Shown here: piece by piece, positions 1 to 13,800 of the stretch
Numbering within the stretch: position 1 is the stretch's first letter
How the letters are laid out: each line of letters starts with the position of its first letter
Assembly: GCA_001179505.1 (NCBI GenBank)
Contig: CDMY01000441.1
Span: 12,071 to 76,070, forward strand
From: Vitrella brassicaformis CCMP3155
Taxonomy: Eukaryota; Protista; Chromerida
Length of the DNA: 64,000 nucleotides
Reading direction: 5' to 3'
The notes under the pieces: model-generated
The model's input: only the letters and a program-made list of their open reading frames with translations
Told to the model about the DNA's origin: nothing
Database searches by the model: none
Translations under genes and position numbers: made by a program

Positions 1-1146
1 ATGCGGGTGGCCGATCTGGCTGCTTGCGCAGGTGAGTGACCTGATCGGCGGACGGGGCGACCCTGAATTTCGCCCATATCTGGCCTTTCTCCCTGTGGTG
101 TTCGTAGACGGTCATGCGGTCGCTGAAACAGATGTGCGACCGAGGCCGAGAGAACTTCATCAACACCAGGCCAGTCCCCAAGACGACCAACAGCTTCGAA
201 AAAAACGACTGAGTGACAGGACATAAAGCCAACATAACATGGACGTGGATGCATTGCAACATATACGCTCCCCAGCCGCCCAGCCCAGCCCAGCCCAGCC
301 CAGCGCACCGCACCGCACCTGTATGGCCAGAATGATGGTGCCGGTGGGATCACGAGGACCTACATAGGTACCCATTAATTACATTCCACACACTCACTGC
401 TCATGTGATGTGCCTATCGGCATGCTGTGTGCATCCGCCATCTGGCCCACCTACCTCCAGGATAGTTGATGCCCATGAAATTGGCCAGCGATATGGCGAA
501 TGCCCGGAGGAAGGGGTCGTGCTGCACATCAATCAAGTCGTCGTCAAAGCCATAAAACGACTGACCAACAGACAGAGAGGTAGCTGTCTTGGCTACCTGG
601 CCGTCCGTGGCCTTTTCTCAAGCGTACGCACTTCTGATCTGGCCATGATGACGAGAGCGAATGTGATCGAGAATGCCGCTGCTATGGCGATGACAAGGGT
701 GAGCAGCAGCCACCACGACGACTGAACCACAAACACAACACACGCAGGACAGAATTTGCAGAACTCATAAGCAAATACGGGATTGAAACAAGCGATCTTC
801 TGTCACTCACTGCAGACAGACCTTGGCCAGCCATCTGGTCGGTGACACGTCCCACAGCTTGTTGATGATCTTCACCTGGAAATCCGGATCACGAAACGCC
901 TGCTTCAACCTGCACACATCACCACGCGCACACAGGAACGAATCATTACACCCACAGTGCAAAACGGGCTGCCCCGCTGATCTCTGACCTCGTCGCGCCG
1001 TCTACGGCCCTCCTGACCCTGGGATTGTTGTACAGAATGTTATACTCACTGGGCTTCAGATGCGCGAAGTGATCTTCCCTCTGCGAACGAGTGCTGATGG
1101 TCTGCGAGAGGTTGAACCACCTCAGCGCCCTCTTGATGGGCGACAT
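1..1146 (-). CDS. Inward-rectifier (Kir/KirBac-like) channel, 5' part; the gene continues past the left edge of the window
   Basis: Hand-spliced exons (about 1146-955, 910-815, 724-600, 565-455, 359-319, 208-1) give M1 SWWLLLTLVIAIAAAFSITFALVIM, pore helix AFAISLANFMGINYPG, M2 TGTIILAIQSFFSKLLVVLGTGLVLMKFSRPRSHICFSDRMTV, then AKFRVA. This matches the Kir/KirBac pattern TGLVxxxFxRPRxxIxFS...RxAN. The three 3' junctions are in-phase GT-AG; the 5' exons and start codon are less certain. Confidence 0.75.
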
Positions 1147-1350
1147 TGCGAAGGAATTCGGCAGCCTCAGATGGCCTCAGGAGCGCTGCAGTACGTTGAC
1201 AAAATGACACAGAGATCATTCCATTCAATATATTGATTCCATTCATCGAAGAAAGTGACAGAAAGGCTCACATTACCTATCCAAGATCGGCATCCGCACT
1301 CTAAGCTCGCAGTGCAGGCCTAGGGTGCCTCCTGAAACCGCTGCCGGACA

Positions 1351-3184
1351 ATGGCAGAAACCAACAACGCCGACGCGCCTGTGACCGTCGAGGCAACTCT
1401 CGAGGTATGCGGATGAAGGCATGAATGAAAACGCATCGCCGATCTGTCTGCCGCCTTGTGCGTGAGTGTTGTGTGTGTCAGGATCTGCAGGCAGATCTGA
1501 GCCACCTGGATGACGACGACTGGGAGGTCACCCCGGAGCAGCTGGAGCAGCTCAAGGCCAAGTATGGCAGTGCGGAACATCCCCTGTTCATGCCCGAGGC
1601 GCCGCGAGACCTCACTGACTATCCGCAGCTGCAGGCCATCCAGCAGCTCATCTACGAGAATGAAACGCCAGAGTCACTCGCCGTCCACTTCAAGGTCAGA
1701 ACAATCGGAAGAATGCGACAACGAGTGCATGTGCGTGTTCTCTCCCTCCCCGCGTGCAGAAGATGGGCAATGAGTGTCACCAGGACGGCAAGGCCCACTG
1801 GCGCGACGCCATCGCCCACTATACTAAGGGCATCGAGGCAGGCAGCTCCGACAACACGGTCAATTCGCAGCTGTACTCCAACAGGGCCATGATACGACTC
1901 AAGCTTGGTAGAGAGCAGCCGCCTTGATTGTGGAGTGTCATCGTGTCTGTAATGATGTTTGCGTGTGTGATCAGATGAGCATGTGGAGTGTGTTGACGAT
2001 GCGCGGAAGGCCATCGAGCTGGACCCCACAAACGTCAAGGCGTAAGACACACACACACACACATCCCACTCACATCCCACTCACTCATCGCGACATACAT
2101 TGATGGATGAGATGAGCTATCCTATCCACTCTCACTCCTTCCTTCCCTTTCCCGTTTCCATGCAGCTACTTCCGAGCCGCCAAGGCTTCATACTATCTGC
2201 ATCTCTTCGAGCAGGCCATCCAGTTCTGCACACAGGGCTTCAACGCCAACTCATCCTCCGACCCGGACAAGACGGCTGACCTGGCCAAGCTGCGACAAGA
2301 CATCGAGCAGAAGTGGTCGGCACTGCGGCAGAAGCGAGAAGAGGAAAGGCGAAAGGAGAGAGAGGACGCGGCGCAGAGGGAGGTGCACAGTGGGCTGGTG
2401 GATGAGGCCATCAAGGCCAGGGGCATCCGTGTGGGACCGCTCCTCTATGACATGGCGTACCCTGCAGAGGTCAACGCGTGGCTGGCAGGCAATGGATGGC
2501 GGTCTGCATCTCATCTGTCATGCATGTGTGTGGCATTCATCCATCAGATGAAGGTGCGGCTTGATGATGAGGGACGACTCCACTGGCCGGCACTATTCCT
2601 GTGTGTACGCCCACGCACACAGAGAGAGAGGACATGACACTCCCCTCAGCTCTCTCGTGTAAGTCTTCATTCAGCTATGACGAGTATGGTCAGAGTGACT
2701 TCGTCATTGATATCAGAGAGGACCAAACACTGAGAGAGCATCTCGAGGTACACACACCGACACAGAAACAGAGATGCAGACCACACCACACCGCGACGGC
2801 AAACCTCTCCCCCTGTTACCCATCTGTCAATGTCAGGTGATGTTTCCCGGCGACCGGTTCACACAGTGGGACGAGCAGCATAGGTACGCCGTCGACGCTC
2901 TCTCCGTCTTCTACGAGCCGGGCTCAGATGACGGGGGCAGTCGTGATGTCCTGCTGGAGGTGTCGCCATCCCTCACTTTGTTCAACGTCCTCACCAAGGC
3001 CGGCAGAGTCCCCAAAATGCCCGTGTTCCATATACTGGTGAGCAAATGCATCGGGGTCATCGACGTGTGTGCATGTTTGGCCGACTGTGGGCGGCTGGTT
3101 TGTCAGGCGGAGGGCTCTGCTGCGTTGGCGACGTTCAGGGAGACGCACGAGATCAGGCCCTTGTCGTCAACGAAGAAGAGATGA
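1351..3184 (+). CDS. TTC4: TTC4/Cns1-like TPR co-chaperone
   Basis: Exons encode HPLFMPEAP...LQAIQQLIYENETPESLAVHFK, TPR helices (NVKAYFRAAKAS) and a C-terminal EHLEVMFPGDRFTQWDEQHRY...VPKMPVFHIL wheel domain typical of Cns1/TTC4. Confidence 0.85.
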
Positions 3185-3851
3185 CCTGCTGATTGCTTCT
3201 CTGGTTGGTGTTTTGGACCGAGTCCTCCTTTGCTGCGTGGCGTGATTACGACTCGCGCGTGTGTGGTTGATGTGCCCATTTCACCCGCACTGATTGAGTG
3301 TCTCGCATCCGAGTAATATATATGTACACACACGTAGCTAGCTACGACAGACAGACCGCCCAGTGGACTGGGCGGACACCAAAGCGTCGCATAAGACTTG
3401 CCGGCACGGCATAGACATGGCCATGCCATGGCATGGCATCATGGCATGGACACCACGACATTGTTTGTTTAGATACACTCACGCAGACACCACACACGCA
3501 ATTTGCAATTTGCGATAGATAGCATCAATCAACACATCCAAGGCAGGGAGGCCCATCAAAACCCTGCTGGAAGGCCTTCCTTTTCTTCCACCCACCCACC
3601 CACCCACTAGAACAGTGTCGCATGCGATGTCTCTCACACCTGCGATTGATACATACATACTGAGTGTGCATCAGCACATGAAACGGCTTGAAAAAGACGC
3701 TGAGCCACTTAGCAAAGACTTTCCCCGCCTCGCTGCCTGGCCCCCGCCACGCCAGCCCACATAATCACGTGCTTACATGGATGCCCACATCTGCGATTCT
3801 CATCTCACCAATCATGCCCATCTGTCTGTGTGCCTGCCTTCCTCCTGTCTG

Positions 3852-5097
3852 TCAATGAGCTGCGTGTGAGGCCTCCCTGTTGGCCAAAAATCGCAATTCC
3901 AAAGGATCAATCACATATCTGCAGCAATAGTTGGGGATACACCCCACTCGATCTGGGCACGAGGGCTCATCCACGATGGTGTAGTTAGTGGCGGCGCCCT
4001 CCACCATGTCGCAGCTGCCCCCAGGCGGCAGCAAGCACGAGTCAGTCAGTACCACATCCTTAGTGTCACTTTCGTCCTCCTCTGCCCAAAGGCGCCGCCG
4101 CCTCCGATCCCGCCCATCAAAGGGAGAGGTCCTGCCAACGATGTTCCTTCCACCACGCCCTCGCCAACCTCCTCCGAAGATGATGTCTCTGCCTGATCTG
4201 GGGGGTCGGATGCGACCCCCGCCGCCAATGGGTATGCGTGAGTCGTCGTCCCTGCCGCCGATGAGCGGCGGGCCGAAAACGGGACTGTCGTCACCGGGGA
4301 GGGGATTCCGACCCACTGCACGCATCACATCACCACAGCACACACACACCTGGTGTCTGTGAGTGTGCTGTGTTGTTCACGTACCGCATATGAAAGTGCC
4401 GGTGATTCTCCACTTGCACTCCCTGTTGCAGCAGTCGCTGAGATATCTGCATGTGGAGCCAGTCGGCAGACACCGGGGGGGTGGGGGGCGGACCGGCACG
4501 ATGGGAGGTCGGACAACAGGCGGCGGCACGACGGGCGGTCGGATGACGGGCACCACAGGGACAGGCGCAGGTGCGGGAACAATCGGCTTGGGCGGCTCCG
4601 GCAGCGTGTCATTGTCGCGCGGCAGGGTGTCATTGCCAGGGAGTGTGTCATTCCCTGGCAGTGTGTCGTTGCCAGGTGAGGGCAGCGTGTCGTTGCCGGG
4701 CTGCACCGGTTCTATGACTGGCTCGGTGTCGTTGGCTGGTGGCTCTATTACTGTGTCGTTGTCGTCTGGTGGGAGAGGCTTTATTGGCTCTTCCTGCGGC
4801 GGGTCCGGGAGGACGGGCTCGGTGCTGTTGCACAGCTGACACGTGGAGGCGATACACCTGGCAGTAATGGAGCAGTAGGTGCTGACCCCTGACACACAGA
4901 GAGAGAGGCCGACGGGCGGACCAGACAAACACGTGTGGTACTGCAAATCCTCTAGAGTATGCTGTCTTTGCCCGCTCACCGCTGCAGAGTATCCCGGATG
5001 AGCAGCTGCAGGCCGCAGATGAGAGGCTGCACGTCTGGGCTTCGGCATTCGTGGCTGCCAACGCCACCACAGCGAGTGCGGCCAGCAGACCCTGCAT
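3852..5097 (-). CDS. Secreted multi-domain Cys-rich protein with NDT/Pro repeats and a knottin-like module
   Basis: Signal peptide MQGLLAALAVVALAATNAEA, then an 8-Cys domain, (P/G)NDT repeats, a Pro/Val stalk, CLPTGSTCRYLSDCCNRECKWRITGTFIC, a Gly/Arg segment ending RRRRR, and a 6-Cys C-terminal domain. Two GT-AG introns keep the frame. Confidence 0.75.
4600..4766 (-). repeat. Coding tandem repeat GNDTLP / NDT
   Basis: Translation DNDTVIEPPANDTEPVIEPVQPGNDTLPSPGNDTLPGNDTLPGNDTLPRDNDTLP; each unit carries an N-x-T sequon. Confidence 0.85.
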
Positions 5098-5863
5098 CGC
5101 CTTGCCCCCCTTAAAGTTAACTGGGCCCCGCCCTCGGCCGTTTGTTCCAACGGCAATGCACGATCGCCTTCGTTTTTCCGTCGCGCTCACATTTCAGTCC
5201 GGAGAGGGCCATAGCAAGAAACAGAAGGAGCAGAAGGCACGGGAAACGGCGGAAAAGACTTCGAGGCGAGATTTCTCGACGGGAGACGGGAGACGACCAG
5301 CCCCTTTTCTTCAGCAGTTCTTGCAGCGGTTCGAGGCAGTGCGCGGGCATTTTCAGCTCTGCTGCCTTTCCTTCGCCACATCTTCTTTATCTCACCATCT
5401 TTTGGCGGCTCGCCTCAGCCCCTCTCAACCTCCCCAGCGCACCTGCTCCCGCGGCACGGTGTCATTGCCCGAGGGAGCCGCGGCAAATGAATGAGTTCCT
5501 CTGTGGAGGAACGAGAAAGGTAGGTATGATATGGTGGTGTCTGCCCTCTTTTTGCGGTATAGAAGAGACGGTAAGCTTTTGTCGTTACATGAAACGGGCG
5601 ACAAAGTTCGTCTAAGCATCAGTTCGTATCAGCTTTTGTCTGTCTGATGTGGTCTTGTGTAGGCCAAGGACGAGAAACCCCCAGACAAAAGGTCGGCAGC
5701 CGCTCTTTTATCGCCGAGCACCCAGCAGGCGCATCTCAGACCTCCATTCCCGCCCGCCGGGGAGCCAGAGGTAAAAAAGATATCAAAGTAAGCCGTCTTC
5801 ACGCAACATGCATTCAAACACACGCACATAGCGTAGCACGCCATCGACATCGCATCGCATCGC

Positions 5864-7372
5864 TTAGCGGCGATCGTATCGGTCATCAGTGCGGCCACGG
5901 CTGCACATCAGTGAAGTCACACACAACAAATCATTCAATCAAGCACCGCACCCTGGCGATCTACACGCCATCTGTGTGCGTGTGTGCGTTGTGCTCACTC
6001 TCGGTCTCGGTCGTCATAGCCTCGATCTCTGTCCTCATACCCTCCTCGGCCCCTGTCGAAATCATCGCGATCTCGCTCATGCGAACGGGAGCTACAAATG
6101 AAGCCACACCAAGACAAGAATGGCCGACCAGGAATGCCCACCTATGCCGCATCTGGCTGCCTGTTTGCCCGCTCACCGGTCTCTGCGCTTGCGTCTGTCG
6201 TACTCAGACTCATCCTCTTCGTTGTCGTTGCGTCGCCTCCCCCGCCTGTTGTAGGGGCTGTAGGAGGGGCTGCGGCGCTCGTTGCGGTACGAGGGGCTGC
6301 GGCGCTCACGGCCGCCACCACCACCACCACGGTCGTTCCTGTCATGGTCGCGATCACGCCTGAGCCAGAGGGAGCAAAAGGGCAGTTCATGAGCGGTCTG
6401 CTTTGGCTTCGTGCGTGTTTATACCTTCCCCCCCTCTCATAGTCTCTCGGCGCTCCTCCCCCTCGGTCCTCGTTCGCCCCTCTGCGAGGCCCGCGAGCCA
6501 GCTCTACACGGATGCTGAGAAGCATACATGCACGCCATCCAATGCATTGCTGCCCATGTGAAGGGATGGATCGTGGCGTTGGTTCCCTCACCTTTTGCCC
6601 ATGTATGAGGTGCCGTCGAACTGCTTGACCGAGTCAGCCGCATCCCGCTTGTCTTCAAACGTCTGAACACAACACACGCACACAACAGACAGACAGAGCA
6701 AAGAGAGAAATGATTAAGCGCAGAAAGGGCCGATCTTCCATCGTGCAAGCGGTAGCAGCCACTTCACAGTCACGACACGCATCGAACGGCAAGCTGCTAC
6801 TTGCCACATCCCCCCTGTCTGTCTGTCTGTCTGCCTCTTGTTGAGTACACTGAGTGCGCTGCGGAGCGGCGAGGCTTTTCATTCACAGCCGATGAAGATG
6901 CCAAGATGTGCAGAGAAGAATCGACAGAATGACGTGAAGTGAAGCGAAGTGAAGAACGAAGAAGTGACGTGACGCACTCATCATCAGCCAAAAATGGGAC
7001 GGGAACGGAGAGCTTCACTCAGCACGATGATCTGTCGCTGCACCATGGAAGAGGTGCATCGCCTGTGACCTTACCACAAAGGCGAAGCCAGGAGGATTCC
7101 GAGCCACCCACGTCGAGCGGATTTGACCTGAATCAAGACATGCCATGCCGAGCAGCATCCATCATTCATTAAGTCTTGTCCCCAGGTGTCGCATCTCTCA
7201 CCGCATCCGGCGAACATCTCCTCAATGTCTCGAGCAGTGGCCTTCTCCGACAGATTGCCTGATGGACACCAGAGCATTCGTGAACGTTACGGTAGCTGCT
7301 CGGCTCCTTGTGAGTGGGTGACTCACCGATATAGACCTTCTTGCCCTGATCTGCGGGGTCCCAGTGCGCCAT
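5864..7372 (-). CDS. SR splicing factor, SRSF3/SRSF7-like (single RRM plus RS/RD tail)
   Basis: Spliced: KVYIGNLSEKATARDIEEMFAGCGQIRSTWVARNPPGFAFVTFEDKRDAADSVKQFDGTSYMGKRIRVELARG, then an RD/RS/RG-rich tail. WVARNPPGFAFV is the SRSF3/7 RNP1 context. Confidence 0.9.
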
Positions 7373-7898
7373 GGCGTTACCGCAACACAAACAGAAGGAA
7401 AACCTATTTCAAACAGGCTTCGGGTCGCTTAGGACATCTCGTGAAACCGCTCTCTCTTTACCAAGCTCGCAAATTTTGCAAGAATCGGAGCCTTTCCTCC
7501 ATGCTTCCTGTTCCCTCCCGAACAGCAATCATTTCGGACGAATGATATCGTGATTCACCTTTCGCTTGACTTGCTTCAGTTGCTTCACTACCAGCTGACT
7601 CGGTTGTCGACGGAGTGGAGTCAACAGGAAGGGACGGATACCGGATGCTGAGCGCGTGGACGCGTGCTCCGTCTGACGCTGTTTCATTCGCTTGATTTGC
7701 CTATTGGTTCAAGTGAAGCTCTACGGAGGTTTTCCCTTTACTCTGCGAGGGCTTTGCCCGACGGTGGCATGGCATGTGTCGGTGAGCAGGGAGGGACCAG
7801 GGGTTGCATGCAACAGCAGAGCATACACACGCGGACATGTGTATTGTTTCTGCTTGAGTGTTGCAGGTGGCGGTTTTGGTTCGGTTGACTGACTAATC

Positions 7899-10800
7899 AT
7901 GTCTCAAGCTGACCGTCGGCCCCGTTTCCCGTCTGTCGACGCCGACCTTCGCTCACGTCTCTCTCGCCCGCCCCGCCCAGCACCCCCGGCCGGGCCCAGG
8001 CCACGTGGCGGCAGACGAGGCAAGCGTGGACGCCGCCCGAGACCTCCACCCATCGGCATTCCGCCCATGAATGGTCACCAGGAGGACTGCTTGAATGCGG
8101 ACGACCCGGCGTTATCCGACCTCGACAGGCGTCGGCTGGAGGTCGACGCGATGAACGATGCGCGGCTAAGAGAGATGATGAACGGCGATGCGCATGAGCC
8201 GCCGCTGTATGACGGAGATGGGCGGGTGCCTGGGGCCGGGCCGAGGAGGAGAATGGTTTTCCTCGAAAGTAAGGAGCGATAGAAGAGTAGAGCATCTCTT
8301 CAGGTGCGTTTTTTCTGAGTCACCCTTCCTTGTGTTGTTTGTGTGCAGATGACGCGTCTCCTGGTTGTCCACCAGTCTCTCTCCGTCCCCGGATGAGCCC
8401 CTCCCCCACTCTGCCCCCCGACCATAGCCGTCTGACCCTGCTTCCCAACCCAAACCGACACAATCAGCCCAACGGCGTGGCAGCCTATCCTCACCCGCAG
8501 TATTACTCGCGGCGAGAGGAGGACATACCCCGACGGATGGAGCTCGACTGTGTCATTCGAAGAACGCCCCCATCCCTTGTCCCCGCCAGGGCTGTGAGAG
8601 ACGACAGCAACTCGTCGGCGAGATACCCCTCCCCCAATGACAGCGATCGTCTCCCGAACGGTGTCAATGACCGGAGGCGCTCGCCCAGCAGCCGCAGCCC
8701 CCTCAGGCGCAGATCCCGTCCATCCCGCAGCCCTCTGAGGCGCAGACCAGCGTCCCCGAGACGCGAGAGGCATTTGAGACCGGCCAGCAATGACCAACGT
8801 GGCAGCTCTGAGGAGCGGCGGGCACGCTACCGGAGAGGAGACAGAGATTGCCGGCCGAGCCGGGAGAGAGGGGACCTTCGAAGGGCAAGACGAGACGACG
8901 TAAGGCAGCTGACACAGCCATGAGGATGCGCGTATGTGCGGAGGCTCACATTGTCTCTCTTGTGGATGGATGTGTAGATGCATATTGAAGACGGGTTTGG
9001 TTCCCAGTTCCCTTCGCCCCCTCCCGCGCGAGCACCTCGCCGCCCCGCCAACCCCACTGCCGCCGCTGCTGGTGCCCGTGCAGCACCGGCGGGCAATGCC
9101 GGCGGGCAGCCGGCACCTAGAGCAGCTGAGCCGATAGCCGCTGCACCACCAGCCCCCTCGGCTGCCGCAGCAGCCAGCAGGACGAAACGGCCACGAGATC
9201 AGCAACCTGTGCAGAATGGGCTGACATCAGCTGCACAAGGCGGGGAAGCAGTTTCGGTGAGTCATAATGGGTCGGCCATTGACGTGGATGCCTTGGACAG
9301 CGTGGAGCCGGAGAGGAAGGCCCAGCGGAAGGGTGATGGCGGTGTGGGTGACGCTCGTTCAGCTGGTTCTGGCGTGGGGAGCGCCGGCGCCGCTGGGAGC
9401 AGGCGGCCAGGGCCACATCGGGAGAATAATACTGTGAGTCCTGAGCATATTGCGGCACTCATCGAGACTCAGCGGAAAAAGAAGTACGAAAACAGTGCCG
9501 CAAAGGGCATTCTCGACACAGTCGGGAGTTACGTCCAGAACGCCGCCTTCACCTGCCGCCACGCCCTGCTTGCCTGGGGCGCTTTGGCTGATGTTGTTCG
9601 GCGCTTGGGCGACAAGGATGGGAGGGCTGGCGACGAGCTCACAGCAGCTCTGAAACGAGACGACGCTTACAAGGTGGATCTGCGACGCTTCACGATCAAA
9701 CTCCTCCAGCACATTCCGATCCCTGCGAGCGGCCGCCCTCCCCCTGACCACTTCAGCACGCCCCCTGAGAGCGTGGCCGCTGACGCCATGCAGGCGGAGC
9801 CCTCCAGCGTGACAGCAGCTGAGTTGCTCCAGCTGGCTGTTGCTGCACAGAACCTCGGCGAGGATGAGGTCATCGGCCTGTGTGTCGAGCAGCTCGAAGG
9901 AAGCGCCTTGATCGATCAGCTGAGTGACTCCGACGTCGCCCTGCTGGATGACGTCGTATCGAGTTCGGGTGTCGACAGAGCCGTGGCGGCCAAGTGGACG
10001 TCAGCCATCGACAGGAGGGTCGAGAGCAGGCTGCAGGCTTTCGAGAGATGGAAGGAGGAGAGCCCGTCAGATGTTCACATGCAGCCATCGGACAAGACGG
10101 GGGACAATGCGGCTGCGGCTGATTCCGGCACACAACACCAACCGGACGGAGAAGGAGGGACTGCACCTGCAGCGGCAGCTGCTGCTGCACTCAAGTACGA
10201 GGAGCAGCCTGCAGCGTCGCGCGGCCGTCCCGACCCCGACCAGCTGTTGGACGCGCTTGCAACGATCGGCAGGAGGAGTAGTGCGGCCACGATGGCCTCG
10301 GCCCTCCAGTCCATTGCATCTACCTGCCGCAGCAGAGGTCTCAGGCGCAGCCGCTCTCAGCCACGCTCTCGGGCTCTATCAGGATCAACCACGCCATCGC
10401 AGCGGCCTCGCGACCCAGCAGCTGCACCACTGCCTCAAGATAGTCGTTATCTCTCGATGCTGGAAGCCGCTGTTGATCGTGTCAAGCCCCTTGTGAGGGA
10501 TTCATTGTCGTCGATCGGTGTCGTGACCAAAATGGTGTACGCAGCAGCTGTGGTGGACCCCCTCATGGCCTCTGCCAGCACTGTCGGCCTCTTGACGGAG
10601 GCGTCCAAAGTCGTCATAAATGCCCTCAAGAGCAGTGAGACAGCCAATGCCGCACTGGATGTGACCGATGTGGAGCACCTCGCCACGGCCTACACCCTTG
10701 CTGTCGGTCGCTCTGACAGACACATCTTCTTGTCGTGTCTCTCACGCCTCTCTGACGTCAGCCAAGAGGCAGCGACGCGAGGGGTCATTGCTGGCATATC

Positions 10801-13800
10801 CCTGCTGAGCCACGACGCCATCATCGAAGAGAAGAAGAACAGCGTCACGCAGCCGGACGAGGGAGCGCTCCTTCCGGAGCTTGTGGACCGCTTGCTCGAC
10901 CTCTCGCAGCGCCTCAGGGCCGCCTGCACTACCGTACCAGTGCTGTGTGCGGCGATCAAGTGCTGTGTCCGGGTTGTCAAGGGCACTCAGGAAGCGGTGA
11001 AGAGGTACACGCCACCTGTCGTCAAAGTTTCCCCGCTTGATTCCTCGAGGGCCCCCCGTGACAACGTGGCCCAGCTGCTCGCCGATCGACGCTTCCAGTG
11101 GCTAGTCGCAGACGTCAACGCACGCGTCAGTCAGGGAGAGGCCCTCCAGCCCTTCGATCTGGTCTCAGCCATGTGGGCTGCTGCGTCACTGCCGAGGCTG
11201 CGAGACAGCGGTGCTGTGAAGGCAAAGGCGGTGGACACGAATGAGCTGGCCTCGCTTTTCACTGTGTGTCTGCAAGCGCTCAAGAGAGGGGGGGTGGGCG
11301 ACTTTGCGGCAAAGGATCTCTACCATTTGACCTGGTGCATCGACGTGGCGCTTGACGATTTGCTCAAGCAGGATGCCGAGCATAAAGAAGCCAATTCGGT
11401 CGTGGAGCTTGTTGTGGCGAGAATGGATGTGGTGATACAGCTGAGAGACACACAGCTGCTGAAGATGGCTGACGCACTTGCCGGCGTCTTCGAGAAGTCC
11501 CAGTGGACGGCCTTGCATGAAGCCACGGCGGGTGCCTTGGGCAGGGAGTTCCGTGCTCGCGGTCTCAAGGCCCTGGACACCGAGGGGGCGAGGCAGCTTC
11601 TGTCGACGTTTCTGCGCCTGCTTAATCCCTTCATTGATGACATCGAAGACCACACCTCTTTGGATGGGATAGTGGAGCTGCTGCGTGACCTCGTACTCGT
11701 GCAGCCGCAGCCCGTCAGCGACGAACATGTCAAGATTCTCGTCAAGTTGGCTGCGAGACGGCGCGCTCTTCCTGGCGGTGACAAGACAGCACTGTCAGCG
11801 CATCGGTCATTGCTTCGTGCCCTTTGTGAGCGTGTGACTGTCCTGGCCGGCTCCACGGCCGCTCGGGCGTCCATTGCTCGTGCATGCTTCGAGGCTGGCG
11901 AGCCAGCGGCAGCGCCTCTGGTCGAGTGCGCGTTCAAGGAGCTCAACAATCCGCAGGCAGCGCTGGACGACACCATCGCCTTGTTGCAGCTGCTGACGCT
12001 GTCTGAAAAGCCCCTGGGTCATGAACAGCTCGTGGCAGCCTGTCAGCATGCCCAGAGAGATGCCAACGTCTCCTCCCAGATGATCGTCGACCTGTACGCC
12101 GTCCTTCTGTGCCACGTCGTGGACCCCGATTCCCTGGACGCCAAGGCTGTGCTTCTCCCCTTCCTGGAGCAGTGGGCCGATGGGGTGCGTGAGCACATCG
12201 AAGGCTTCATTGAGCGCGAGAGGAGTGATGAGGGGGTGTCGGCGATGCTAGCAAGAGCGAAGATGGCCTTCGACAGGCTCACGGCGACGCGCTCGGAGCC
12301 AGTGATCACGCTGGTGAAGTATCAGCACCAGGGAGAGGGTGATTCCACGAAAGTGATTCCAGTAGCTGTGGTCGAGATTGCGGCGAGTCGTGATGACTGT
12401 TCTCTGCCGATCGGCTTGGCGGTGGACAGAGAGGAGCATCTGGTGACATCGTGTGACGGTGACCAAGTCACCCGTACGGGAGCGAGGCAGCTGGACGTGC
12501 TGCTCCTGCAGAGGGCGCACATGGACGTCAAGACGATTGCAGCCAGTCAACTCGATCAGCTGCAGCAGAGGATCGCGTCATGGATTCCGACTTCGGAGCA
12601 CACCCCAGTGCGACAGACCACTGCCGCACTGGCTCAGCAGCAGCCACAGGCCACTACTACACCACCAGCACAGCAGGCAGCCGCGCCGACCGCAGCACAG
12701 CAGCCATCCGTGAGCGACCTCATCCAGCAGTCTGCAGTGGGGGTGGATGGCAGTGCGTTGGTCGACCGCCTCTGGCTTATTGTCTCTCACCCAACCTTCG
12801 TCTCTCAGTGCAATGCACTCAGCGGCGAGGCGCGGGCTGCCCTGAGGGTGATGCAGGACACAGCGATGACGCACCTGATGCAGGGCACAGCAGGCGATGT
12901 GCAGCGTCGCTTCCGGTGCCTCATCGCGCTGCTGATGACAGCGCCCTGTAGACTATCGGGCAGCCCTGACCAGTCTGAGTATCTCTCGCGTGTGGGTGAA
13001 GCGTGCAAGACGCTGCTGGAGGGCATGGATGATGAAGAGTGGCTGACTTGCTTGCGGGAGGGGCTATTCGTTCGTTTCCTGCGGACCAGGTACTGCAAAA
13101 ACGATTTCTTCGCATCTTCGCTCAGCCGGCAGTTCAGCAGCAGCCTGGCCAAGTGGTTGTCAGAACTCGTCAGGTCGGCAGACCATACCCAACTGATGTC
13201 CGCACGCCAGCTACTGTACGAGCTCTATGCGAGGAAGCTGTTGCCACGGCTGGGACTGGAGGCGCTCATTATGGCTCTGGAGTTCGTGTCCAAGTATCAG
13301 GAGAAGCTGCTCGTGAATGCCGAGCTTCGATTCAAGGACCTGGTCGAGAACAAGCATAGCATGCTCACGCAGATGATCGGGGAGCGAATGGCTGGCTCTG
13401 ACACAGAGACCGTCTCCATCTCTGGTCTGCACTGCCTTCTGAGAAGGCTGCACCGCCTCTCCCTCTACCGGGATCGACTGACCGATGCCTGTGTAAGCCG
13501 CTTGCTGAAGATGCCTGGCGATAGCTTCACTGGGCCTGAGGTCTCCCAGCTGGCTACGGTCATCCTGCACCTCAAGCACGCGGACCCCAGGGCCCTTTTC
13601 GGCTGCACCGGGCTCATGAAGAAGCTGAGCGCCGAGCGAAGTCAGCCTTACATTGTCGGCGTGTCCAAGTTCTTCAGTGAGGTCGGGGAACTGCCCAGCG
13701 GCGCTGCTCTGAGGAAGATTCTGGACGAAGCATTCAGTCCTGCGGCCGGCGAGCTCTCGCCAATGGCAATTGTGACAGCCTGGTCGGCTGTGGGCAATTG

